A stretch of 64,000 bases of DNA from Raillietiella orientalis (Eukaryota), in the NCBI GenBank assembly GCA_036172245.1, contig JAYWIR010000010.1, positions 2,976,001 through 3,040,000 of the forward strand. Direction: 5' to 3'. Below are positions 36,991 through 50,639 of this stretch, one piece after another. Both the position numbers and the translations under genes were made by a program. Below the pieces are notes generated by a model, which saw nothing but the letters and a program-made list of their open reading frames with translations, had not been told where the DNA came from and did not search any database. The stretch's first letter is position 1. Every line of letters starts with the position of its first letter.

Positions 36991-39900
36991 AGCACTACTA
37001 ACCACTCGGTGAAGACTCGAAAAAGGAATGGAAAATTAAGTAGACGCTGATATGAATGGGACACGTTACTATGGAAAGAAGTGTCACCTGGATTGCAATC
37101 TTTCGGAGAACTACCGCACGCCGAAATGGGATATTTTCCATAGCCATTTGCGATGCTCCTCGGAACTTTTTGAGGAGCATCGCAAATGCGGACGCGGGAC
37201 CTACTTAACTCTTATCAGCGAGCGGGACGTCCTTCTGTTTCTTCCTTACTATAAGCACTGTTCTGCCTTTCATACTCATGTCGTTATTCGTCCGTCTGCA
37301 TGACTGAACCTGCCACTGCCTATAGGTTCACCTGACTTCTCTCATCCTTCAGGAACGAGCACTTTCTACTGAAGAGGAAATGCATCTTTCACAGAGTAAT
37401 CTTTCAATTCTCGCACCTACTCGTAACGAGTCATTATCCGGTGTCTGCGGCCATCTGAAGGTTTGATATGTTCAGCTCTTACGAAGACAGCCACCTCACC
37501 GAACTTGGCAACAACCGTTTTCTCTTTCATTCATGAACATCACTCCAAATTCCAGAGAACTCGGCTGTTTCCAAAAGCTCCCAAGTGCACTTGCCTTCCA
37601 TTTCTACTCTCATGCCTACTGGAGGCTGTTTCCTTAGAAGCCAGCCGAAGAAGAACCTACCATGATCGGGGCATTCCTAATCTGTGGACGACAAAGTGAA
37701 TTCTAATTGACGTGAAGGAAAAGCACACACACACACACAAAATGCATTCCTTTTTTTTTCTTTTCTTCGGGAGCTTTAGACTCTTGTGATGGCAAGGCCT
37801 AATCATGCAACAGATTATTGAGATTTCATGGCTTTTATCCGTTTCTAAAAATTTCCGTCTCTCCGAGTACGATGAACATATGTTTTGGGGAGTATCCATC
37901 AATAAAGTGTTGATTTTGAAAAAGAAATCCGGTGATTTATGCGGGCTAAACCAAGCTAGTAGAGGTTTATTAGTATTTTGCACTTCTGCAACACTTCCGC
38001 ACATCTGGAGACTTTGTGAACCCGGTGCTCTTTTATTTTCCGCCAGCACCCCAGAGAGTGCCTCAGGTACCAGGAGCAGGAAAAAAACAGGCAAGTCTCG
38101 TGCCTACTCATTTCGCCAAATGCTGATGAATTCGAGACTCTCCATTCCTGTTCCCTTTCGAAGATTTGGCCAGGATAGATAAAGAATGAAGCGTCATTCG
38201 CTTCCCTATCTCACCCCTACTTCAAAAAATCGACATCATCAAAAGCTTGATGACTGGTTTGGTGAGATCTTCCTCGAGGAAAGAAGGAAATTCCGTCTTA
38301 CTGGCTGCTATGGAGAGAAAGCCATTTAGACTTCACGTGCCCATATTTAGACTGGGATGCTTCCTTTAGCGTTGTTTTAAAAGTTCTCACAATTCAATGA
38401 TTTCTGGATGATCACCGAGATCGTTTTCGAATGCTTTTTATAACCGCTGCTAGCAAATCTGGGAATTCACTAGCGACGGGTAGTTGAAAAAAAAGAAGGA
38501 TGTAAATGGTTTCAGCTGCAAGCATTTTGTTGGAAATCTGTTGATCAGAAACGCACTTCCGGTCTCGAGTGCAGCAGCATGCGCCATCTCGTCTCTTTGC
38601 TTGCAGCATCTCGGGTGCTGGACGTTTCAATCATCGTTCGTTTACTCTCTCTCCAATCAGCAAAGTTTCGAAGATGATTTCGACTGATTGAAGAGGATCG
38701 CTTCGTTTGACTGCATATATTGTACTTCCTTAGACTGAGACGAAATCCAGATACAGATACAAAGTGCTTCCCATTATCAAGGCAACAACCACAGTACGAC
38801 TGGGATCTGCCGTCATTCTGTGGTTGTTGCATCTCGTTAGGTGGCTCACTCAAGTTTTACGAAACAAGACGTTTGCTCGTGAGCAAAAGGACCTACAAAC
38901 CATCCGCGGTGACAGCCTTGAATCAGAGGCGCATTTCTTTTCCACCTGCTCCAAGTGGAAACAGTGGCGGCGGAATAGCAGTCTGGAATCGGGATTCACT
39001 GGTCATTGAAGTGAGGAGCAGAAGACAACGCTTTTCACTTGTTGGGCGCAATTAAAAGTTTCTTGTGTTCTTCTAAGGATCTCCCAAAAGAAGCGAGGAC
39101 AGAACATCCGCTGGAGCAAGCAGTCTGAAAACTTGGTCTCTGACCCCTGGACTTCATCAGAGTGCATATTTTCCCATTCTTCAGCAAGGGCTGATTATAT
39201 ATTGCCTAGCAGTGCATATCTCGAGGGGAAGATCATCGCGGATCATCAAGTGTTTCTTCAAACGGAGGATTTCTTCTTCACCCGTACACGGATTGCTTCG
39301 GTAAGCAGTCAAAGTTCATCAAATTCTGCGGGGCGGAAATATTCTGTAGCTCTCTTGTGTGTCTAGGATGCAAGTGAAAACGCATGAACTGCTGATATGA
39401 TCTCAGTGCTGCTTTTATACTCTTTTGCGTCGCGTCCGAGTTGACACGAGATGATACAAAAAAAAAAAAAAAGATCCAGAAAAGATAAACACTCGAGGCA
39501 CGGTATCGCGGCAACTATATAAGAAAAACGGAAAGATGGCAGAAAAGATGCTTCTTACACGGTTCGCAGACAGAGTCAGACCTCGTGCCCTTAGAACTCA
39601 GGAAGTGGCTCCGGAAACACGAAGAAACGATGCCTGAATCAGCGTAGCCGAATCGAATCCTGCTCGAAGCCAGCTGGCGTCTCATTCAGGCGTGTGCGCT
39701 GGCCGAAGCATCTTCCACAGCCTCTCCTCATACAGTCCACGTTTCGGCTCCATCCTCTCAGCTTCCCAAGTTAATCGGTCCGCACTCTCGCCATCAATCT
39801 CGTGTTCCTCCCAAATAGGCTATCTTACCTTCAGTAGACCGTGTCCAGCTAATTTCACTAGTGACTCATCTCGCTAGCAGGGGAATCACGAGTCACAGTT

Positions 39901-42900
39901 TCATTCATGATTTCTCCCGACTCAGTCCCCCCGCACGCGGCATAAATCAATGATCTTCAGTCCGAAAGTAATCACATTACGTAAGTGTCATTCCTCAGTT
40001 TTCTCCTATTTATTAGGCTTATGACGCTGGGGAAGAAGTTTTGACGTAACCAAAACTCCCCGAACTTCCATGTGATCTCCACGCGAATCCGGGAGACCGG
40101 AATAATGGTGTATACTACATTAGTATCAAGTAGTCATAAATGCACCCCAAGAGTGCAATACGTTCTGCCCCAGTATGAGTGTCTCCGAGATTCCGCATCC
40201 GAACGGGGAGAGAGCCATCTGCTTGTCCATGTTTCGCCTTTCGGGAATGGGCAGGTAATTTCCGGGAGGGAGCGGACTCGTCCGGCAAGCAAGATGAAAA
40301 TTTCGTGTGCGATGAGCAGGTGCATCCTCGAACACGAAGACTGCTTGAATCGACAGTGTAGGTTTCCTCCACCGTGCACGTGGACACGAGACTCACAGCG
40401 CGCGCCTATCGGCGAGTGCATCATCACATTGTCCGTCCGATGCTCTGAACGCGCACTCGTAAGCTCACGCGGCTCCACGAAGCTGCATCCAGGGTCGCAT
40501 AAGAAGGGATGCGTGCATGCTCACACGAGTCAATACAGGCACGCCTCCCTGCAGTAGCTTCGTATGATTTGTGCGTGCCGTATCCGGAGCACCAGGTGAT
40601 GAAACATTCATGGCGTTGTCCACACGCCTCAGTTCTCTTGAGTACGAAACGGGTGACCGCCTGTTCCCACTTATTAGCAGCTCTGGAGCACTCCGATAAG
40701 CGCGGCAGCGGCGCTGTTCCAGCATCCGCATCACTTCTCACGGAACAGTTTCTCTTCGCGTGATTTTTACTTAGGATTGCTCCTCGGAGATTGTCTTCCG
40801 GAAGAATCGAGAGGCGATACGATGATCGAGATCGAAGCTGGAGCGAGAAAATCCATTACGCTCTTTGATTCCTGCAGCGTGCAACGCAGACTAGGGTCAT
40901 CAATGGGCTTTTTTTTTTCGTCTTGAGGATGGGGCAGTTAAAACCCATAAAGAGAGTAGCTCTTGAAAACGTTTCGTTTATTCTTTCTTTCTTTTTCTTT
41001 TTTTCCTGTTTTTTACTGCTGGGGACTTCCTTGAGTCCATGCGAAGGTTTTGCACGCTGACGTGAGAGCCATCTAGTGATCGGATGCTGCGGACGCAAGT
41101 CTTCTCTAGCGAGCGCACGGGTAGAGCAAAAGGATGCCATCTTGTGAGAGTTGAAGCGATCCTCAGAAAAATTCCTCCCATTTGCGTTGTCTGCCTGGGC
41201 CCAGATCTTTCCAGGAGGTTCTTCTTCTTGTGCTCCTCGAGTTTGGATTGTCTCCGCAGCATTCTGCAGCTACTCTTCCCCTTTCTACTTCTTTTTTCTG
41301 CTACCTTTTCGCCTCAGTCGTGAAGCGCTAGCATTCCCAAGCGAGCTGAGTCTCAGACCAAGGAGTGCAAAAGGTTATGATCATTGTGAGACCTTGGTCT
41401 ACCGGGGATCCGTGCATTCTCAGGATGGAAACGCAGGCAAGGGTTTAAGGATGACTCTCGAAGAAATGCTCCCTCGCTTCTCTGCCGGAAGACCTTTCGA
41501 CCTAGAAACCAGACCCCGCTCCAATTCCAGTGTTCTGGGATACAGAGTCAGAAAGAGGAGTTCACTGATGGAGAAGCTGGGGTTCCGTTTCATTTTCTTG
41601 GCGACATGTATCGTAACATGCCACAGGAAAGTTGTGCTGCGAACGGAAAGAACTGTTCGCTGCTCCTGTCCCTCGTTTGCCAGAATAAAGTGGCTGCAGC
41701 CACTCCTTCATGGCGAGAGTTCGCACGGGGAATCGTCTCCGGATGATTTGCCTGCTTCGCCTCGTTGCCAAGGAAGCATCCGCGGAAAGATGCTTATCCG
41801 TGCAACTTGAGGCATCGCGTGCTGAATCGGAATTGGCCACGGCCGCGGACATCAACCCCCCTGTATCGGTGGAGATGTCGCTCTGCGTAGGGATTCGATC
41901 CGAGTGCAACGTCCCCTCAATCCCTGAATTCTCTCTCTGCCACTCCCGGTTTTCTCCTTCCGGCAGTTTCCTTTTGCGAGAGTAACGGTCCTTCCCTCTT
42001 CCAGCTTTCGGCGCGTTCCTTCCGATTTCTTTCCTCCCCTCCATTCTCCCTTCCCCCATGCCGAACTCGCAGGTGCGTTTCCTGGTAGCCGACCGGTTCG
42101 TCATCGCGCTCCCGAGATCCCCGAGGTCCAGTCTGGAGGATAGCAGCGACTCCGTCTGGGTGATGCGCGTGTCGCCGACAGCAGCGCTCTCCTCGGAAGC
42201 ACCAGAACTGCACCCGGAGCGCCGGATGCATCTGATACTACGCTTCTTCTCGAGTTCGATTCGCTCCTTTCCGGAGAGGAGCGCGTAGCGGGAGGAGAGA
42301 CTGAAAGGAAGGAAGATCTTCCAGCATCCGCTTCATCCTGCACTCGAGGGGACCATTCGATGGGGGTCAAGGGGACCGATTCAATCCGGAAACCGGCCAG
42401 CACGGCGGCCGCCCATCCGACCCAGGGAAGACCCACGCGCTTCTCCGAGCTACTTCCCAAGTGCAAGGAGGTTCAGCACCGGGAGAGATCCAGAAATGCG
42501 CGCCCTCGGTGAACACTGGAGCTCTGCAGAAAGCCCATCTGACCATCGCCCTCCCGAGTGCACGGCGAGTGACCCCTTCATCGAGGAACGAGAAGAGACG
42601 GAGGCAAGAGAAGGAGACGGAGGGACAGAGACCCCGAGGGGAACATGAGGAGACCCAAAGTTCATCAGTCATCTTCCCCAGGCGGGATGTTGGTTTGGGA
42701 AGATCCTCTCCTGACTTCCGCGACTACAGCAGCAGCCATGGAGGTTGAATTTTTCTCTCGGGAGAGTGACGGACATGTTCATGGATAGGGAGGGGACTGG
42801 TGGAACTCCAGCGCAGGCGTGTCCAGAGTGCGCGCCTTCGACGAGAAGACCCGGAAACTCCCTGCGCTGCTTGCGTCAAGAGGGCGCGCCTCTAGCAAAA

Positions 42901-43637
42901 TGGGGAGGGAGAAGGATGCTGAGCCCAAAGAAGCACCTCCACCCTCCTACGTGTTCTCTCTCTGTGAAATGCCTTCCCGACTGCTTCGCCAGCGCTGTCT
43001 CTCCCGGCCACGCTCCAAGGGAACAGCGACCTCGCGGGTTAGACGTTCGGTTCAGCCGAGATCCCGGCTCTGAGATCCGACGTCCTCGGACCCTGACTCG
43101 AGAACAGTCTGAGATCCAAGGGAGGGGGGTGATGACCGCACGGATATGGGGTGGAGGGGCTGCAGTCACTCAGGCTCTTCTAGAGGAGGTCAGCGAGGGT
43201 CCACAGACGAGGGTAGGCAGGAGGCGGCGGTACGTGTGCGAAGTGCGTGGGTGGGGCTGCTGAAGCAAGAAGGAAGAGATTTGTGGACCCCTGAGGGACT
43301 CTGAAGAGGCTCCCGGGCTCCTCCCAGAGTGAGTCGAAGGGACTCCGCCCTGCAGCACTGAGCAGAGAATTCCCTCGGGGTCGGGGCTCATGTCCTTCCT
43401 GGAGAGGCCGAGGGAGATCGAACTTCGCAATTGGAAGCTCGCCTTCCTCCACTCCCTGTTCGATTCCCCCCTTCACCCTCCTCACTACTTTCTTTCTGGA
43501 AGGATAGGTCTTGGAGTTTTTCTAGCAGAGTGCAAGGAAACCCCGCGAGAAAAACTCGTCCGGACGTGCCGGAATTTCCTTTCATTTCCCCTTTCGGATC
43601 CCGGCGCAACACCCTCCGGGCCAGGGGCTAGGAGGGT

Positions 43638-43756
43638 TCACAAGACGCAGGAGCGCTTGATGATGACCAGGACTGCGCAGACAATGATGAGGAACAGGCA
43701 GCAGAGAGCCCTGAGGATCTGCACGAAGGACTCCAGGTGCAGGTCGTTTGCCGCGC
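43638..43756 (-). CDS. Last exon (transmembrane helix and stop) of a Sidestep/nephrin-like Ig-superfamily gene
   Basis: Acceptor ccccttccag, phase-1 start. Translates (G)AANDLHLESFVQILRALCCLFLIIVCAVLVIIKRSCVL*: a hydrophobic helix followed by KR. Phase matches the upstream FN3 exon. Confidence 0.75.
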
Positions 43757-43828
43757 CTGGAAGGGGGAAACAGTGAAGACACGGCGTCCTTCTCCCCTTA
43801 CCCTCCCCGCACCCACTCTCCCTCTCAC

Positions 43829-44137
43829 CTGAGACCGGCGCTTCCGCCGTAGAGTTCACGAAGATCCTGCAGCCGGTCCCTCGCCGGTCCCTCGCGTAGA
43901 CGGAAAACTCCAGTCTCCTGCCCTGGGGCAGGTCGGTCGGCCGGAACACCGGGAAACGGGAGGACTGATTCCTCAGGATAGAGGATGTCTCCGAGTCCCA
44001 GACCTCCAGGACGTACGTCCGCGCCTCATCGCCGTCGCCGCCCCCGCCGCCGGCTCCGGGACGCTCGCAATGGATCCAGGCGGCGCCCATGGCGGAGTTC
44101 CATGCGCGGCACCGCTCCGGAGCTTCCGGCGCTCCTT
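43829..44137 (-). CDS. FN3-like exon of the Sidestep/nephrin-like gene
   Basis: Acceptor cttcag, donor gtgaga, 309 nt, phase 1-1. EGAPEAPERCRAWN...WIHCERPG...TYVLEVWD...PVFRPTDLPQGRRLEFSVYARDRRG matches the P..P..C...N / F.LEV.D / P.F....L.PG....V.A.N..G pattern of the Sidestep-type FN3 domain. Confidence 0.85.
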
Positions 44138-44251
44138 CTGAAGCGCAGGGTCGGCGTGGAAAAGGGGATGAAAAAGGGAGGGGAAGAGGGAACAGATCAC
44201 CCCCTCCCTCTTGTCCGCGGGCCATGGCCACCACCTCCCGGGAGGACTCAC

Positions 44252-44539
44252 CAGGACAGGAGAGGCGGAGCGTGCAAGGGACCTCCTGCCGGCCCACCTC
44301 GTTTGCCGCCCAGCAGAAGAGGGACACCTCGTCCCCCCGCTTGGCGTGGAAGCGTAGGGTGCTCCTGGCTCCGGAGACGTCGTAGTAGGTGCTCGGGATG
44401 AACACTTCCCCCAGGTCGCCGCTGGCCTTCCACCGGAAGTCCAGGACGGCGGAGAAGGAGGAGACCTCACAGGTGGCTTCCACGTTGCCCAGCTCGAACT
44501 GTTTCAGGCGCGTGCGGCCCACATCACAGGTCGGGGAAC
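44252..44539 (-). CDS. Membrane-proximal Ig-domain exon of the Sidestep/nephrin-like gene
   Basis: Acceptor tttcctcag, donor gtgagt, 288 nt, phase 1-1. SPTC...ATCEV...DFRW...STLRF...LFCWAANEVGRQEVPC; the CWA.N.VG.Q..PC motif is typical of the last Ig domain of arthropod Sidestep-family proteins. Confidence 0.88.
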
Positions 44540-45879
44540 CTGAGGAAAGCAGGAAAGGATCCAGGGTCATCTAGCGAGAGGGAAATCGGAGGGCGGAGGC
44601 GAGATGGCGCACGGCGGACTTTCATGCACCTCAAGCGGGCTCTCCGCAGTGGGGTTGCGCAAAATTCGGGATCCTATCCGCACAGCCGCGAGCGCCGCGA
44701 GTGACAACGGGAAGCGGCGAAATGCTCTGGAGGGGGAAAGGTCACCTCCCTCTGGAGAACGAAGTCGGCATCCTGGGGTTGGCCTCCATCTCAAGAGGAG
44801 GAGGTGGGTGAGGACCGGGAGGAGCGCTCCAGGTGCGCGCGCAAGCTGCGAACGCCTTCTCTAATGCAGCATTTCCCCCAGCTTCAAGCAGATAGACGAA
44901 GAAGGACTTTGGACTGGACCCATTGCTGCCTTCCCTGTGTAGCGATTGCCTTGGAGGGAACGCTCTTTGCGAATGCGCACGGATGCCCTCGCCTAGGGCG
45001 GTTTCAGGTTGGGACGAGAGAGAAGGAGGAATTCTTCGAGTGCCACCGAGACTTCGCGTACCTCCCCTTTCCCAAATCATCTAGAGCTCCCCCTCAGAGG
45101 AGGCTTTCCCGGTCCTTGGTCCCTTCAGATGAGCGTAGCACGCAGTTCTCTATCCACATTGAAGTCTTCCATACGGGTGCCGCGAGATGGCGATGCGACA
45201 TCTGAGCTGAAGTCCTCGGCAAGAGAGGTGCACATCACAGTCTCAGGAGAGCTCCTCCTTGGCCTGCTCCACCAGTCGCAGATCCCTCCTGCAGCAGAGG
45301 CGACGCGCAGTGGGTAGGCAGAAAATCAACCGATAGTCCCGACAGAGAGAATTAATGGAAGCACTCGAGCTTATTCGGCTTCCACGTTTCTTCTTGGTGC
45401 ATCCCCTCTTATTGCTCCTACTTTTCTTGCTGCTATGCCTCCTCTGAGTTCACGTTCTACCAGTTTGTGGTATTTTCTTTCTGGGGACGGCGCTCTCAGG
45501 TTCTAATTCATAGGGCGCTGCTTAGATCCCTGCAGCACTTTGGAAGAGGATAAGAAAGCAGGAGGCTCAGTTTGTCCAGAAAATCCATGGAGGGCCATGG
45601 ACTACTAGCAAGAGTAAGCTGGAAGGAGAAAAGGGAGTGACTGAAACGAAGAGGATGCACTCGTAAGCCTCGATGGAACGAGTCTTAAGTGCTGGAATTT
45701 CAATCCCGCAGCAAAGGGTTAATGCTCTTGCTAACCTACGATGGGCTTGCTCAAAGCGAGAATCGGATTCCAGGGGATGTTTAGGGTGCGAGCACGCCTG
45801 TAGTGGCAAAGGAGAACTATAAGGTGGAGCCCGTCATGAGAAGAGCAGGGTTGGCACAGGCAGCCTCTTCAAGGTCCAG

Positions 45880-46350
45880 AAAGGAGAAACACATTGTGAA
45901 GAGGCAATTAGGGAGATACCTAGATTTTGGAAAAGGAAAACTCTTAGGGCACGAAAGCGGGATTGAGCGGCGAGACGTCGGACAGGCAGGCACAGGGAAG
46001 AGCATCCATGGAAGTGGTATTATTGGGGTTTCAGATGTTAGGGGAGAATGAAGACCTACGGAATCCAAACAGAGTGGCAGACCACATGTAGCTGTTTGTC
46101 AGTTTGACTTATAGACTCTTTGGAGCAACTAACACATGGCAAGAAATTCCTTGGTTGTCCACGCAGATTTATTGGATGGGACCAGTGAGGAACTGAGAAA
46201 CTGAAGCACAAGCAACTGGAATTTGCTTGTGTTGTTGAAGCCCAACACAAGCAAATTCGAACCATGGAAGAAGTAGCCAATGAAAGCAGATGGAAGCTGA
46301 AATCTGCATTCCATTCCATGTGTCGCATAATCCAGCGGATCGTGGTCCTA
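45880..46350 (+). mobile_element. CR1-like LINE RT relic (intronic)
   Basis: YLDFGK, KTYGI, TWQEIP...MGP / GCPR (S.W..V.SGVPQGS.LGP) and RWKLK...CRII, in order. Confidence 0.45.
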
Positions 46351-47841
46351 CTTGCATCCTCATTCCAAGGACCTTGTTTTCTCATCTGAAGACATTTGCA
46401 ACCGCCTATTGGAAACGGGAAAATTACAGAGGAGGATCAACAGGTGAACCTAGGGCGAAAATCAATGAATGTGGATTTCCTGAACATTTGTTCGGGCAGA
46501 AGAGTCAGGAGAAGAGGATCTGGTTTCCCCAAATTAGGCGACTTCTTCTGAATGAACACGGGCAGCTTCATGGAAGATCTCGTTCCAATCGAGGATTGAT
46601 TATGCTTCTATGAGTATCCTTCATGCGCCCCAGCGTGTTGCTTGTAAGTTAGCATTCGTGACCTGGACACTTGTGTGGGCGACGTTCGCCTATGAAAATC
46701 GAAACTCCTGGAAACTTTTCCTCCATCTAGTGAACTCTCAGGAGTTAGAAGACCAAAGAGGAGTTTGGTCTTCTCGCCAATCTCTTCAAGACGTGTTTCT
46801 TCAAGGAATGTCTCAAAGGTTACGAGTGCCGTGCTCGTGTGCAATATCCTTGGCCGAGACTTCTCAGCCTTCCAACCTACCAAGGATCAGAACAAGAAAT
46901 TTCAAGACTCAGTTTGCTGTTCTCTGATGCATGAGCTCTCGGCAATTCATCCATTCCGGACTCATCTCTCTCAGTGAATGCAGGCAGTTTCCACCCTGCC
47001 GTCGGGTTCGCACTGTGAACCTCCCTTTTCAGTTCGCACTCTGCTCAAGAATGTTCTTCGTAGATCCGGGTGCGAAAGAGTGTTTCACACAACAAGACCG
47101 AATGCACCAGCTTCGACCGAGAGAATGCATATTTTCGACGTCCTTCCCGGAAGCCGCAAGAAAGCAAGACAAGTGGTATCTTTGGAGGATATGAAATTTT
47201 TGTTTCCTAGCATGATGTCGCTCTTCAGTGAGATGTTTCCTTCAAATCTCTTCGAATTACTCATTATGCAGTTTCAGAGAGGAAAATCTCAGGTCGTTGT
47301 GTTCCCTGCAAGACGAGAAAGACATGGGGTTCATTCATCTGAGTCAAGCAGTCGCCGAACTCAGTTATCCCGAATGGGAATTGGGAGAAGTCACATCGGA
47401 ATGAAGGACATGGAAAAAGTTTAAGAATTACAAGAACGAAATCATGAGCATGGGATCAAAAGAATTCTTCTGTCTCAGAGATCATTCTACCCTGTCGAAC
47501 GGTGAATGTTTGACGAAAGATGAATCTTCCAGAGATCTGTGGAGATCAGCATTCACCAGAAGGAAAAAGACCAAGGGTTCGAGAAAGAAATTTTACATGG
47601 CAGCGTTGTCCGTGTCTGAAGTGTTCCTCGGATGAAATGCTTTGGAGAAAAGCAAAGGAGACGGAATAGCTGTGGTGCGCGATCCGTGATCCTCGATTCC
47701 TGAGTGACCTGATCGTGAGCAGGTGTCACAAGATGAGAGGCAGAAGCCTATGCGTTTCTTCTGTTGAGCCCTGAGAAGCCCAGCTTCCTGAACCCAGGAC
47801 AGCGGCAGCCAAGCAGCGACAAACCATTGCTGTCAACTTAC

Positions 47842-48001
47842 TTACGACCTGCAGCCGAAGAGAGTTACTTTTTGTGAGACCCACGTCATTTTCCACCAAG
47901 CAGCGGTATTCTCCGTTCATTGCAGCAGAAAAGTTGCGCAGCAAGAGGCTGCTGTGGCTGACTCTAAGATCCAAATGGCTACTGGGATCTATGAATCTTC
48001 C
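47842..48001 (-). CDS. Ig-domain exon (second half of the penultimate Ig) of the Sidestep/nephrin-like gene
   Basis: Acceptor tgtttcag, donor gtaagt, 160 nt, phase 0-1. GRFIDPSSHLDLRVSHSSLLLRNFSAAMNGEYRCLVENDVGLTKSNSLRLQVV contains the SL.L...G.Y.C...N..G...S motif. Phases join both neighbouring exons. Confidence 0.85.
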
Positions 48002-50639
48002 CTGAAACAATACAGGTGGAAATACGCAAACGATTTACCAAAACTGCCGGTCACAGTTCTCATAGCATCATTTCTGAAAATTCTGAACGTGACTTTCGCT
48101 GTCTCCGGATTTCGAACATCACTTTAGAATCAGTCTCAAAGGCAGCGGAGGTTCAGCATGCACTGAAATCTCGGCTAATAACACGACTGGGTTTCCTATC
48201 GAAATGTTTTTCAAGCAGTTACGCTAATTTCCTTCCCAGGAACGTATCCACCAAGAATCGAAAGGTATGAGCTGAAGTACTTTCAAAACAGATCTCCGAT
48301 CGCAAGAACTGGGGCGGTGGACGTGACCTTAGCCAAGTGCGTTTCCAATATTGACTCGACTCAAATGGAACGAAATTTCTTTGGATTTATCTGTGTGATT
48401 ACAAGCAAATACTCTGTTAGGAAAATGCGAAGTCTAGCCGATGTCCTGTTCCAGATTTCACAACCACAACAAGGCTGTCTTTTTGCCACGAACACTTCTG
48501 CTTCATTGCCAACTGATTTGAAAGACCTTGAACTTCAGCCAAGGGTTCACTCAGACGAAATCAGTGCTGCCGAAGAAGGACATCTGAAAGCGTCCGTGCA
48601 GTTTGTGTGCTTGCTCTTTCCTCATTCAAAGTGTTCCGCTAACAAATCATGCCGCCGTGAAAATTCACTTCACGTAGAAAGCAGATTCGAGAAGTCGAAA
48701 TCTAATCATCATCATTGCGATCCATTGTCACTATCACTCTACTCATCCTCGTGGTGAATCGATCAAGAGATGCGAGCTCACAAGCATAGCTCAAAGCTCG
48801 AATTGAAAATGGCGATCGATTCGGACCATTTCCCTCCTCGCTTGGAACAGTCGCTTTTCCCCGTTCTTGGTCTCACTTCGCCGTACTTTGGTCCACCATC
48901 AGTGTCTTTTGCACGGTGCTATGCAGCGCTGCTCACTGGATTCTCACGGATTTGTGGTCGATGTAGCCTTTGGTCATCGAAAGGTCATTCCCGCGCTCAT
49001 CCTGAACGCATCAACCATCCTCCAGGCGCAGGAGTGCTCTCCGAGGCAGAAGAGCGGAGGAGACCTTCGCAAGCTTCGTTCGTTGGATCGGTCACTCGCA
49101 CGGGCAGCTCCTGAGAGCCGGAATTCTGAGAGACTCTTCCCCCCGATTCTAGGGTGCACACCTGGTGGCATCCTGTTCGAGCTGGCATCCAGCAATCCCG
49201 GTGGAAACACATGGCTTCGAGGAGTCTCTGAATCACGTCTCCGGTGCGAAGGAAGTTTCATCTTGGTTGGCAGAAACCAACTGGCTATAAACCTAAGAGC
49301 ATCCACCTGTGTCTTTCGCGAAAGAGGCTGCTCTGCTGTCATTCCCTCATATCGGGGACTGAAGCTTGGAAACCAAAGCGCCTACAGGATCCCAGAGACA
49401 TCGTGATTGCTCATGTTCATGATCAAGAAAAAACGTAATGGAGCAACCTAACCGAGGACGTGACTCGAGGGAAAAGGGTGGCCTCTAATCAGCCAATCCC
49501 GGTAGGCGATCCGGAACTCCGCCCGAAGCTGATTGCTCCGAAACGAGAAAGGCAAGTCGTCTTCGATGTTGCCTACCCGTGTGAGAACGCTGAAGCAGCA
49601 TTAGAAGAAGCTGCAAAGAGAAGCAAGGCAGGATGCATGGATCGATCTCTGTTTCTTGCCGACAGAGGAGCACCCGCACGCATGAGAGCGGCAAGATCCT
49701 GCGCAGCCTGTGACCCGAAGAATGACGAGTAGCTCAGTGACCTCGGCATCCTTCTCCCAAAGGCACGGACAAGAAGACAGCGTGAACTTACGTCTAGCGT
49801 GGATGGAAGAAGTATTGGAGACCTCACTGGATCACAGGACAGGATGAAGAACTGTCCTCTACAGTGCGACAGGATAAGAAGATAAAGGGAATTGAAAAGA
49901 CCCTTCGAAACATTTCATAAGCAGCAGTGGAGCAAACTGGATGGCAAATTTTCACTTCACGCTTCTCTCTGGTGGTGGAACAGTGCTTCCGCTTCTTTGA
50001 ATGCAGACAGAGGACTCTTCGAGCATTGCAGCGATTGATGCTTTTTCTGGGCTCTTCTGTTCACACCGATGGTCTTCCTATGAGAAACCTTCAGAACGAA
50101 CTTCTCTATTTGGTCTTTACATGGGAAAAAGGATAACTCGATTCTTTCTTTCCTCATCCCCTTAGATAATCTGAGATGCGAACGATTTCTCTAGGAAGTG
50201 TCACTTCCCACTGCAACCAAGTGTATTGAATTACCGTCTCATTATTTTTCCTGGAAGAAATCATCACAGCAGGTGCTGTATTCATCACCGATTTTTCATT
50301 TCGCACTGTGACGACAGGGGCCACACAAACTTGCTGCTATGAGTCCTCCTAAATCCACCCACGAAATAAGCAGATTCTCCGTTATGTTAAGTAACTGAGT
50401 CTAGCCGTGCGAAAGACCATCAGAGAGAAGAGTTGTTTCGACAGATAAATTTAATAGTCTTCAAAAAATGAATGCCATTTCACTTTCCCCGAATCTGTAA
50501 GGCTACCAGAGGCTCCAGTGGCCGTCTTCCACGGTGCTTTGAGTTTTCCTTGCATCCTTCTCCTGCTGAAAGGCTTCCTGAAACATCAAATTCCTAGTTC
50601 CTTGTAGAGGTGCTGCAACTGTGCTAATCATTGCACGAA

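Noticed and set aside
46040..46230. SWIM or GRF zinc finger (TCSC...GKKFLGCP)
   Set aside because: Flanking YLDF.K and YGI motifs fit a decayed LINE RT better.
48900..49440. Further LINE relic (SWF..KMKL); similar hints at 10340-10520 and 57400-57600
   Set aside because: Only one or two degenerate motifs each, too weak to call without a profile search.
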